Shown here piece by piece: positions 40,363 to 53,249 of a stretch of DNA of 64,000 nt. The DNA comes from Octopus vulgaris. Lineage: Eukaryota. The stretch covers positions 806,001-870,000 of the forward strand of contig CATOCA020000001.1 of NCBI GenBank assembly GCA_951406725.2. Reading direction: 5' to 3'. The notes beneath the pieces are model-generated. The model had not been told where the DNA came from and did no database searches. It worked only from the letters and a program-made list of their open reading frames with translations. Made by a program: the position numbers and the translations under genes. How positions within the stretch are numbered: the first letter of the stretch is position 1; each line of letters opens with the position of its first letter.

Positions 40363-40799
40363 CAACTGTACGATGAAAGTAAACAAAGTTTGCTTTAGAA
40401 GCGTTGAGATAATGCAGGAAGATACAGAAATAATTCATTCTCAAATACAATAGAATGAACAGCGGTGGTGTACCCCCATACTGTCACGGTCGTGTTAGAT
40501 TGACAGAATACTACCATTATATCGCCCCACCACCGTACATGTCTCTACGAGAGATTTAGAAATTCAGTGTTTCTGAACAAGATAAACTATCCATATATTG
40601 CAGAAAAATTCTTTACCGGCCACCCATGAACTCACATCCCTGTGATTACGCGTCAAGTGCTTTACCTTCATGCTAAACTGTTCAGTATCGAATTTTTCTG
40701 AAAGTTTAGGATTTATAAATCTAGCTTTATAAGACTCTAACGTTAAATTCAACTTTACGATGAAGAAGCTTTGAGATGTATTGGAATATACATTCTCAA

Positions 40800-41450
40800 A
40801 AGCGTGAAAATGCTAATAAAATAGCATGAACAGGATAAACTATCCATATATTGCAGAAAAATTCTACATCATATTCAACTACAAGAGCTTGAACATCATC
40901 ATAAAGAGGCACCCACAGGCAGCTTCTCTTCAACCCCTCCGTTATGGCTTCAAGGATTATAACCAACAGAAGAAGACATTGGAGTGAACCATGTTGCACG
41001 CCTACCTTCATACTGAATTCAAGACTATACTTATCTTGAACCGATTACTCGCTGATTGCATATCTGTATATGGCTTGTAGATCTCTCATGACACGTTCCT
41101 CTCCTCCTCAACGGACCACAGAGGAAGGAACGGAATCAAGAGCCTTGTCTCGGAAAAATATTTGATAAGTGTAGGGTTAAATATTTCGGCAGATGTCAAC
41201 AGGAAAAATATTTCTTCATTGCCAGAAACAAATGAAGAAAATCGCACATGGGGTGGTAACCGTGATAGGGTAGGTTGTGTTGGCATACTCCTTACAAAAA
41301 AATGAGTTAAGGTCATTGAGTTAGAGAGGGTGTGCCATAGAGTAGAGAAGCTTCGGATAGTTTTGAAGAATAGTTCGGCAGCGACGAAAAAGCAAAAGAT
41401 ATCGGAGGAGCGATGCAAACCCTGCGCGCAGATATATTATTCCCAAATTA
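40800..41450 (-). mobile_element. Decayed LINE fragments (RT, probable APE)
   Basis: VGVQHGSLQCLLLLVIILEAIT...LYDD. Confidence 0.5.
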
Positions 41451-41912
41451 TAGTGTAACTTACAATGAATTGCTTACCCCTGCTTTTTAATTGAACTGAA
41501 TTAAGGTTTGAAAGTGTTTGACTAAAAGAGGATTAGAAGCCCAAGGAGACAACAAGTAGACTTGATAAAATGTTGCATAGAACTTGAGAAGTGTTTAAGG
41601 GACGGTAGTTGGGTGGGGAGAGGTAGAGAAAAAGGAGGCCTTGGGAGGGGCTGTTAGCTTCCGTCTGTCCATGCAAGTATGAAAACTTGTCTAGTTTTCT
41701 TTCCTCCACTTAACAGGGCCGGCTTTCATCAGTATTTTGCAACTTTAGGGATACCAGTTGTTATTGAAACAATATTCTAGTGTGATGTGGCTTATATAGA
41801 ATTATCAAAATTTGGTTGTGGCATTTGCAAACACAAATACACACTCATATGTATATGTGTGTGCTTATATACATACATACATACATATTTATATACATAC
41901 ATACATACATAC

Positions 41913-41944
<32 letters not shown>

Positions 41945-41949
41945 GGGCA

Positions 41950-42430
41950 CAGACAAATGTTCGTTTTGTGAAAGCAAAGTTTATACCAAGAACTGCTCTT
42001 TGCCAGACTACTGGAAACGAATGCCAAGAGTGAATCCATTTTCAATGTGGTCAAGAGCTTTATTGACAAAAAGGACATCCTACTGAATAATATTGTAGCC
42101 TTTGCAACTGATGGTGCACCATCGATGACTGGCTCTCATCACGGCTTCATCAGTGATCTCAAAGTCAGTCTACCTGATATCTTCACGATGCAATGCGTGA
42201 TTCACCGACGTCTTTTTGCACGAAACCTCAGTGGTCGTCTTCACGGTTTCCTAAGCACGGTCATCACTGCCACGAATAAAATCAAATCTCATGCTCTGAA
42301 CTCTCGCCTGTTTCAACAGCTTTGCTTTGAAAACGACGAAGACTTTCAAAAGTTGCTGTTCCACACAGAAGTGAGGTGGTTACCACGGGGAAATTGTCTG
42401 AATCGCTTTTATGCTTCGTTTGATTCAAAA
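41950..42430 (+). mobile_element. hAT (Buster/ZBED8-like) transposase remnant
   Basis: ATDGAPSMTG, CVIHR, LNSRLFQQLC, LLFHTEVRWL. Confidence 0.88.
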
Positions 42431-42855
42431 AGTTTGAGAACTTCTGGTCTACTCTAAGCTAGAAATGAAGGGAGATAACTGTGAATATACAAGAATATAT
42501 TAAAACTGTCTTTATAAGAATGGAAGTGTTTAGGAAGGTGTTTAGGCATACAACAACAACAACAACAACAACAAATGAACAGTTCAAAGTTTATCTTTAT
42601 TCCAAAAGTTAACCTCTAACAACACAGAAGCCAAACAAGTAAAGGAATTTCTTTGTGGCAGAGAGATCTACTAGAAGTAGTAGCCAAATCCACCACTAAT
42701 CACACCTTGTCACCTTAAAGAAGAATACACTGGACAATGTGTTTCTGGCTCCTCTACGTTAGGGATAAAGACAGGATGGTCATGGCTGGAATGCGTTTGA
42801 TCATAGGTCTATGTTTGGTTGATCTGGGACTAAACAACAATATCTACACAGAAAT

Positions 42856-43058
42856 TCACTCTGTTTGCGGTAGACATTCGAGTGCTTCAAAACACTCAGC
42901 TTCCAGAAGAGCATCTCTGAGTGTTTTCAATGTGCGTTTCTCAGGATCACAGGCTGTAAACCATTTGCGGAGCGTCTGGAAACCCTTTACTTCGGTGTTA
43001 CCAGGATTGTCATGCTTGATAATTTCCAACTGGACACTTTTAATTCCTAAAATCCTAC
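42856..43058 (-). CDS. Gene B terminal death-domain exon (ILGIKSVQLEIIKHDNPG...FQTLRKW...TLRDALLEAEC)
   Basis: ttcag|GT...TGA; 203 nt; homolog of 36726-36928. Confidence 0.85.
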
Positions 43059-46000
43059 CTGAAAAACATACAACAATAAGAAATAATTACCAGAACGTCA
43101 ACAATAAAATAAAAGATGTGTTCTGTAGGTTGTAATAAATTATAACAAAGCAATTCTGCCAGTAGAGAAATTAGAAAATAGTTAAGTAACATGAAACACA
43201 TTTTATTTCAAGTCTGCCAGATTAAAGTAGATATCTGCTTTAGCAAGAACTACGGCAACAATAACAACAACAACAGCCTCTCAATAAACTTAATAAAAAT
43301 GTAAAACAAACAAAGACATTGTCATTAACTCACCTGTTTACCCCGAAGCAACAACATATTTTGCTTCTTTGTTCCAAATGATAATATTAAATCGATTGAA
43401 TATTTCCAAATTATCCGTATTATCAAGTGTTAACCTCGGTGGTTATTTTACGAATTTTCAATAAATTCGACATGTTTAATAGAGTTACTTTAAAGCTAAT
43501 CTTTCAAGTGAAAATATGGAATGGAACAGGTTCTCCATCATTAGATCAGGCGAGAGTAATATTTTCTGAAAGCAATTAGGTTCAGTTATTTTATACTCAC
43601 CAACGTGCCACCATTTCCGTCTCAGCCTCTCAGCCACTTTCAGAAGATGCTTTTCCTCCAGCGTTGAACTTTCTGAAAAGTTTATTCAAAAGTCTTACAG
43701 TTTATAGTAAAATTTCTTTATCTCTGTTAATAATCTTTATTAAAAAAAAACATGGTCAGTAACTCACACGTTTACTCCTAAACAATAACATATTTTACTT
43801 CCCTATTCCAAAAGACAATTTTAACTCTATTACCTCAACTAATCTATCCATATTACCACTGCTAACTTAATGGTTATTGTAAGGAATTCAGTGATTTAGT
43901 TAACGTTATTAATTTACAGATAATCATTCAAGCAGAAGTTAGGAAAGGAATCTTAGTCAATCTGACAAATAAGAAAAAAAAACACTTAGGTGAAGGTAAA
44001 ATTTATAGAAGTGAATTAGGTGCTGTCATTTTATACCCACCAACTTGCTGCCATTCACACTTTGACTTCTCTACCCTTACTTGGAGACACTTCGCCTCCA
44101 ACTTTGAACACTCTGAAATAAATATTTAAAAGTTTTGCAATTTATAGTACCATCATTTATAGTGACCACTATAGCTTTGGTCAACATTTTTATACTTTCT
44201 ACATTGGTATCACAACAAAACAGAGTAACCTTCCTTAATCTCTTCTTTCTAGTAAGATATTCTACATAATCTTACAATATAAGAATTATCTCATTTAATT
44301 ATCACCACTTAATAACACTGCTTTTCTATTTTTGTCTTTCCTTTCTTATATCTGTGCCAAACCAATGGCATGGCGTCCTCTCGTCTCTAAACTTCACTAA
44401 CCAACATTCTTCTCATTTACTGCTTAACTCCAATGACAAACAAAAGTCAATATTAACTCTGTTGTGGCAACTAATTTATCTAAACTAATTTATCTAAATT
44501 TCATCAATGTCTTTAATAGAATTCTTTCAGAGCTGACCATTCTATAGGAAATTAGGAATAGAACCTGTTTATCTAAACTCAGTGGATATGTTACAAAATT
44601 TCAGCAATGTCTTTAATAGAATTCTTTCAGAGTTAACCATTCTATAGGAAATTAGGAATAGAACCTGTTTATCTAAACTCAGTGGATATGTTACAAAATT
44701 TCAGCAATGCCTTTAATAGAATTATAGAATTATTTCAGAGCTAACCATTCTATAGGAAATTAGGAATAGAACCTGTTCTCAATCAATCTGACAAGCAAAA
44801 CAAACTAACTCAGGTGAAGGTAAAGTTTATAGAAATCAATTAAGTACTGTTATTTTGTACTCACTAGTTGGCAGTACTTTACTTTCTGAAGGATGTGCTG
44901 GTGTCTGAACTTCCTTGTTCTCTGATTTTGGAGTCCCTGAAGTAAATAGTTCTCTTTATAGTATAATTTTGTTATTTCTGTTAATAATTTGCTATACTGT
45001 GAAAAGTGAATGAGGATGAGAATGGGAGGGAGCAGCAGATCTTGTCGGATGCGAATGTCTCTTTTGAATAGCAACAAGGGAGAAGCTTGAGATGCCAATA
45101 TGGTGTGAGGAATGTAAGCTGATACATCTTGTTGAATTAACTGTTCCACATGAAGGCGATTTAGATGCAGCCCAGGTTGGGAAAGATGAGAGTTATAAAA
45201 CACTAATAGAAGACTGTACAGCTACTGGCTGGAGTGCAGTAGACAATTCCCTGATTGAGTTCGTTGTAAGGGTTTTATGAGGACCAGACTGAGATGGTGG
45301 TTGCTACCAATTGTTGTCTAACATAGGTAAGCAAACACTATCTTGAAGAAGATACAGATTGTAGTTGAAAGGACCAGCCATTGAATGTGGCTGAAAAATA
45401 ATGATAAAACCTGGTTGGAAAGATGATGATCCCGAAATGGTCTTGCTGTTCAGTGCTAGTCAGTTGAAAAAATAGGCGGGGGGTCTTGCATCAGTGAAGG
45501 ATGCCAGAACTCTGTAAAACCATCGAAAGGAAGGTCCCGAGATAATGTGCATTCTATCCCAACAAACCCTGACATCCAGTATATTGAGGTTTTGACTGAC
45601 CGTACTCGAAGTACCAAGCTATTTCCAAGTCTCTGATCGCTGGATATTTTCGTCCACCACAAAATAAACTGACCTTCCTAAACATCATCTCTACGAAGAC
45701 ATTCTACATAATCCTTTATAATCCTACATAATCCAAACAATGCAGATCATCTCATTTAATCATCGCCAATTCATAACCCTGCTTTTGCCTTTCTTTTGTT
45801 ATATCTTTTCCAAATCTATGATGTGTGATTGTCCTCTCACCTCTAGACTTCATTAACCAACATTCTTCTCATTTTCTGCTTCATTCCAATGTCAACCAAG
45901 TTGGTCATCAAAGATCTAACCACAAACAGGTGGCACGCTGCTTCATATAGGATAAACACACACCTGATCTCTTTGTCAAATGTTGCCGGTGGTAACCTTT

Positions 46001-49000
46001 AATTTCAACTGCCCCACATCACAGTTCACCAGAATGTTCTCTGATTCTAGAAATATTTGAAGACATTTGGAGATCATTCATCCCCCTTAATAATTCTACA
46101 CATTAGGAGCAGAAAATGATGACGGGTGGCTTAAAAGGCTTCAGTACACATGCACGAAACCTCATCAACCACTTATAACTGTTCATCCACGCATTGTTGC
46201 AGTGAAAATATCTGAAATGTTTACGGAAGAGCTGATACTCAAGAATAGAGGTTATCTCTATCAAATTTCATGTAAATATCAAGCAAAATTTCCCACCCCT
46301 CGAAGTCCCTTGCATCAGTGAGGTGATTTTCAATAGGGTGAAAATCTAGTTACTAGGAAATTTTAGTAAAATTTGCTAAAATAGGCGTAGGAGTGACTAT
46401 GTGATAAGTAGCTTGCTTACGAACCACATGGTTCCGGGTTCAGTCCCACTGCGTGGCATCTTGGGCAAGTGACTTCTACTATAGCTGTGGGCCGACCAAA
46501 GCCTTGTGAGTGGATTTGGTAGACGGAAACTGAAAGAAGCCCGTCGGATATATGTATATATATATATATATGTGTGTATGTGTATGTTTGTGTGTCTGTG
46601 TTTGTTCCCCCCAACATCGCTTGACAACGGATGCTGGTGTGTTTACGTCCCCGTAACTTAGCGGTTCGGCAAAAGAGACTGATAGAATAAGTACTAGGCT
46701 TACAAAGAATAAGTCCTGAGGTCGATTTCTTCGACTAAAGTTGGTGCTCCAGCATGGCCGCAGTCAAAAGGCTGAGACAAGTAAAAGAGTAAGCGGCAGC
46801 AGATGTGTGCAAGAGTGAGGACTGCACTGGTACAGTTATGCGATGTGGGTGGATGAGGACGGCCGCATAAAGAAGTGCCGATCTCCAAATGTGGAAGGAC
46901 CTGGGAAACCCGGGAAAGGCGTAGGGCAAAGTGGTGAGAAATGGTCCTTACATACTGAGCCTTACAGAGGAAATGGCAAAGGATCAAGACAATTGGCGAT
47001 TTGCTTGGTGAGCCCTGTTTATCTCAGTAAACTCGATGGCATAAAGGCATCTCTTTTAGGCTTATGCCCACCCCTTGCACACAATATGTCCCCATTAAAT
47101 CTATTCCCCACAGCCTATCCTTACAATATCCCTTCCCTCCTCTACCTCTGCCACTCATTATATTCCTTTCGCAACCTCCTAAACTCATCCACACCCCATC
47201 ACCGATCCCCACTCCACTCATCTTTATACTTCCCCATCTTTTCTCACTCCTCTTTATCACTGCTCCCTCTCTCCTCTTTATCACTCTTCTATCCCTCTCT
47301 CTCCCATTTATCACTCCTCTCTCTCCCTCTCTCTATCACTCCCCCGTCACTCTCTATCTGTCTTTCTCTCTCTGCTCTCCCTACCAGAAGCAGCCATATT
47401 TCCCCTCTTAAGGCAAAACTTTTTATTCAGTCCCTTAATTCTGCTCCCCACCTCAGTTGAGAGATCTTGTTCTGCAAATTAGTTTGTGACTTCATTGTTA
47501 TTGGTGCCGTTTTAAAAGTAGCCACTACACTCTGTTAAATAATGAATTACTAATCACCTCTAGTCACTCACAATTGACTGTAAAAACTTTGTTTGTTCCT
47601 TCTCGAGCAATGTCTGGCTCATAAGGGCCGGTTTCCCGGTTTCCTTGGCGTATAGGTATTCCACCTGGATGGGACGCCAGTCCGTCGCAGGTGAGCTGCA
47701 AGATGCAGGAGGAAATAGTGAGAGAAAGTTGTGGCGAAAGTGCCAGCAGAAGTTTCGCCATTCCCTTCTCCCGGAGCCGCGTAGAGCTTAGGTGTTTCGC
47801 TCATAAACACGCCCGGTCTGAGATTCGAACGCGCGATCCCTTAACCGCGAGTCCGCTGCTCTAACCACTAGGCCATGTACCTCCACACTGTAAAAACTTG
47901 ATATTTACTGAAAGAACTCTGGAGTTTTATTAATATGTCTATTAGTCACCGTTTAACTTGCAATATCCCTCATTAGTCTTATCTTGCAGACAGTGGCAAG
48001 CCTTGTATTTGGATGAAGACAAAGTTTGGTGAATGAGGTGATTGATAAAGTATCAATAAGGAAAGATACCTGGAAAAGTTTTTATCATAAATCTGCTACA
48101 TTTATGACAGGTGTGACTCTACATAGTAACACGAAGTACATTATTCAACAGCATAATGTCAATGAGATAAACAGACATATCATCAAATTGTATTCTTACC
48201 GAATCCGCTTTTCTCAACTATAATCTGTTGACACTTGGGACAAGTTTTACGCTGAATTTTTAAACAGCAATCTTTGCATGTAACGGTGTGTCCACATGGT
48301 TGGAACTTCACTGTAGGTTCGTTAACTTCACACAGCAGACATCTGTGGAACAAGACATAAACACATCCCACCGATAACATTAGTTTATAACAAATATCGC
48401 ATTGAGTACATGTTTAGAGTACAGAATATCATGAGACACTACAAGGACCAATAAGAGTACATAAAAATATTTTCTTTAAATAATTACATAAATGCAGATT
48501 TGTGGTATGACTGCTACATATATTCGTGTAGCATTCACATACATGTTAAATATGTGTCTTGACTCTGGGACATCACAAAAATTGCTCCATACATTCCAGA
48601 AATATTTTTCAATTCTAGTAGAGAACTAATTTCTTCTGAACAAAACTTAACCTGTTTAACAAGTTCTCTATATTTAGACATTTAATTTTGAATTGTATGG
48701 TTGGACAGACAGGATACAACTGTCATGGCTCCTTGTATAGTGAACAGTAAGTAACAAAACAGGTCACAGTCATAAAACAGAATAATACCCTGAGAATCAT
48801 GTCTGACATATATGTACAAAACCAGAGAAATCTTTTGAGAATTGATGTGTTGAATGCAATAAATGTCATGCTTTGATCTGCCTTAAATGTACCACGAACC
48901 GCCAGATAGTCTCAGTCCAACAAAAGGTACACAATGGTTCTATGATGGATGGAATATAGGAAATGGTCCAACTACCAAAGTGGTCCTTTTATTGCCTGAC

Positions 49001-52000
49001 CTGTGTGTCTTTTCCAACTAGTACTGTCAAACAAAACAACCCATCCATAAGGAAATTGCAGATATTCGATAAATGATCTCTGAATTGAGCATCGAAATGA
49101 CATATATTAAAGCAAATATCTTTACCGGATCACACAATGAAGGATCATATCAGAAAACACTGCTTCCAAACCTGTCTCTAGTTATGGCTGAATCCAGGTT
49201 TATAGAGAAAGCTCTGTTATCTGCCATGGATGATGTAGCTGTTCTTGGTGTATCTGAAGAAATCATTGCTCTACATCTTCTCACAATTTGTCCACTTGTC
49301 CATGTGAAAGTGACTGATTTGGACAGAGGAGACACAGAAAACATGTCGGTAGACAGATAAATTCTAGTTACTTCCAAATAACAATTTCAAAATGTGTTTA
49401 TTCGTTTCATTATTTAGTACTACATATTCCTGGTGGTCCCAGAACTTCAAAATAAGGATTTGAGAGACGTAGAGGAGGGGAGTCAGTTAGGTATATAGCT
49501 ATCAACACAGCCAATCATGTTAATGAAAATAGATGTCCTTCGATCCCCTAACAACAGCATTTTCTCTTAATTGTTCTTCTTTTCTACTGTTGCTGGATGG
49601 CCTTTGGTCAAGATGCTAGCCAAAGTATAACGTACTGATAGACCTAAACCTAAACAAAGCAAACATAAAAACATAATTATATACAAAATAAAAATGAACC
49701 AGTTTATCTTTTCAATGTCAGAGAATACTTACAGCGATGGGAAAAGCGTTTTCATTTTCTGCTTTAAAACTGGATTTTCGATGAGATCCAGTGGGGTCTC
49801 ATCCCTTTTGTTTTTATGGTGAAAGTTTCCTCCAGAATAGGCTAGATACATAGCGACTATTGTGCCAGATCGCCTCTCTTTTTTGCTCAAATTAAGCATA
49901 TTGTAGAACTACAAATGATGAAGTATAAAACGATGAGTACAATGTTACTCAAATACACATCATTGATGCCCCAAATTACACAACATTTCGCCTCCATCTA
50001 CACATACTTTGCACATCCAGTGATTAAACTCATTACACAGTATTGAGTTCCTACATCACCTCAAGTTAAGTCTATTTGTCATTTCCATTTGTTCTTACAC
50101 TGTTTTCTACAGTAAAACAATATTTTAAATACGACAATATTTTATAAACAAACTGTAGAAATGTCGAACGTATTTGGTATTTTACACACAAGAAAGTAAA
50201 TTTCGAATGCAGTAAAGCTCTAACAATTACAAAGAAAGATTGGGTGTTTTACCCTGCCACCTGCAGGCAAATGTTTTCCATCTTATAAGGGCAAATAACC
50301 AATCTTTCTTTGCTGTTCCTACAGCTTTACTACATTCGGAATTTATTTTCTTGTCTGAAAAAAAAAAACAAAAACTTTAAATATATGGCTATTATATTGA
50401 ACAGAAAAAAACGTATTAACACCAACTTTACACGTATTTAATGAATAAATATCTATTTGTCACTCACAAATATCACAAAATATTCGATAAAAAACAATAT
50501 GAAACAAAATCAAAGCATCAAAACATAATCAAAATCAAAATCAAACCATAAGAAATATAGCGGAACAAGTATCACTATAATAAAGCACAATATGCTTTCA
50601 CGTGATTTGAGGGAGAAGAGGGGGAGAGGGAGAAAGAAATGAGTGAGAAAGAAAAAGAAGAGGGAGAGAAAAAGAGGGACAGAGAGAAAAAAAAGGAGAA
50701 ATAGAAAAAGAGGGAGAGAGAAGCGTCCATGACATGAGGTAGAGGGAATGTAATTGTAACGCTTTCAAGTGATTAGTTGAAGGGAAAGAGAAGAGAAAGA
50801 AAAAGGAGAGAGAAAAAGAGGATAAGGTGAAGAGTGAGAGAGAAGGAGGGAGAAAGAAAAGGAGAGAGAGAAAAAAGGGGAGAGAGAAGCGTCTATGACA
50901 GGAGGTGGGGGTAAAGTAATAATCTTAGCAGAGGGGTGATGTTCTGATGGTGAGGTTAAAGGGAGGGAGAGAGGAGAGAGAGAATAGCGGAGGAAGGGAA
51001 AAAGAGATGAGAGAGAGATGGATGTGAATAGAGACATGACAAGCAATGTCTGTCTGTCTGTTTGTCTCTCTCTCATATATTTATAAACGAGTTTAAGACT
51101 TACCTTATCTAAAATCTCTACGGTCTCGTCCTCAGAATGAAATACCCCTTTCTTCACAGCAAGGTGCAGGCAGTTATTATTATCTGCATCAACCGCCTTT
51201 ATATCAGCTTTATGTAAAACTAGCTTGTGGGTCATTCCGAGATGACCCTCGGAGACAGCTAGAAGCAAGGGTGTCATTTTGTTGCAGTTCTTGATATCCA
51301 ATTCCACTTGACTCTTTATAGAGATAAAAAAACAACAAAGAATGTAAAGTTGCATAAAAATCGGGGTAGATATTAAGGTATCGTTTGTGTCTTCTACTGG
51401 GGACTTGATTAAACTGATTGTGTACATTTGATGTTTGTCAGTGAAGTGGACTTTCCATATTGTCCCTCTATAACTTGCTCTGGGTGTGTGTTAGAGACAT
51501 GATAAGTCTATCAAGCTGTCAGGAACAGATGTCAGCCTAATCTACGTTCATACCTCGCAATAATAAGCTTTAGGTGAGTTGAAATAGACTGAACACAGGA
51601 TTAGCAGATTAAGTCTAGTAAAGAAGAATTATAATTTCTAACGAATTCTTTTGATGTTGCCGTTGAGCGAACGGTCTTCGTCCCAGAGCTCAGAAGATGG
51701 GTGAAGTCCGAAACGTGAACCTTTGCTATTCGTAAGACCCGCAGAAGAGAAAGCAGGTCAACCCCCGACACCGAGAGCATCGACGGATGGATGAATGTGC
51801 ATCCAGGCTCAGCAGTTGCGTAGGAAGTCGGGGACAAGAAACAGGAAGAAAGAGCGAGAGAAAGTTGGGGCGAAAGAGTACAACAGGGGTCGCCACCACC
51901 CCAGACCATCAGATGTTGTTACACATCGCTGGTCACAATGCGTTCGCACTGTTTTAGCCTTCGAATGACGCCACCCCGCTGGCTAGGCGAGCAGGCCAAC

Positions 52001-52560
52001 AGAAGAAAGAGTGGGAGCAAGAGTGGTGAAAGAGTACAACAAGGATCGCCACCACCCCCTGCCGGAGCCTCGTGGAGCTTTAGGTGTTTTCGCTCAATAA
52101 ACACACACAACGTCCGGTCTGGGAATCGAAACCGCGATCCTCCGACCGCGAGTCCGCTGCCCTAACCACTGGGCCATTGCGCCTCCTGATGTTGCTGTAT
52201 TAACAAGGGTTTCATAAAACAGCCGGGTTTATTAGTATTCAACGTTAGAACACTAATGTATACTACATAGTGCATATGATATGTATATGTGGACTAACCT
52301 GGGCCAGCATCAAAGCCACCACATCGTAGTGTTGTCTGAAAGTTATAGAAATTGCAAATTACTGGGACATTAATTAATGGAAAAAAAGTAATTAGATCAC
52401 TAAAGCCTAATATATCAATAATTATATATATATATACAAACGCATACATACATACATAGATACATATATACATACATACATACATACATACATTAATACA
52501 TACATACATACATACATACATACATACATACATACATACATACATACATACATACATACA

Positions 52561-52591
<31 letters not shown>

Positions 52592-52898
52592 GCAGTTAAT
52601 ATACTCTCCACAATTGAACAGCGGTATACATATATAAACCGGTGATTGTCGTACGCTGATGACGGGTGAAGACCCAGAAACTGCAGTCCGTGCGTATCAC
52701 TTAGGTTGACGAGGGAAGGATGACCTCCCTTTGCAAATACCGATAGGGCACAGAGAGTGTGCCTATAGCCAGCTGGAGGAGATGTTCTCCTGGGGCTACA
52801 GGCTACAGTAACACCCACCCTTAGTGGTTAGCCATATTGAGATGGCAAATATACCTCACATTGTCGTGCAGTTATTGTTTATACCTCGTTCAAAGATT

Positions 52899-52936
<38 letters not shown>

Positions 52937-53181
52937 ATAATACAGTGATTGTTTCCTATCAGGAACAAAGTGTTTAATATGACTGCTATAGAAGTGCTCA
53001 ATTGAAAGAGAGAAATATATCAAGCTAAGGTTATTGAACAAACAAATGCAAGGTCATCCAGATAACATTTCATAACTCGAACATTTAATCATAGAATATA
53101 CATTCCGTGATGTTTAAATGTTCGTGTTATGAAATGCTATGTGGATGACCTTGCATTTGTTTGTTCTATAACCTTAGCTTG

Positions 53182-53249
<68 letters not shown>

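Noticed and set aside
49073-49377. Overlapping ORFs in a gene B intron as an extra exon
   Set aside because: There are no compatible splice sites or homolog in A. It looks like a decayed LINE RT fragment (SPL...MAD).
51688-51720. Hammerhead-like CAGAAGA...GAAACGTG in a SINE tail
   Set aside because: The core is mismatched, the NUG triplet is non-cleavable, and the motif is not conserved in the copy at about 1255.
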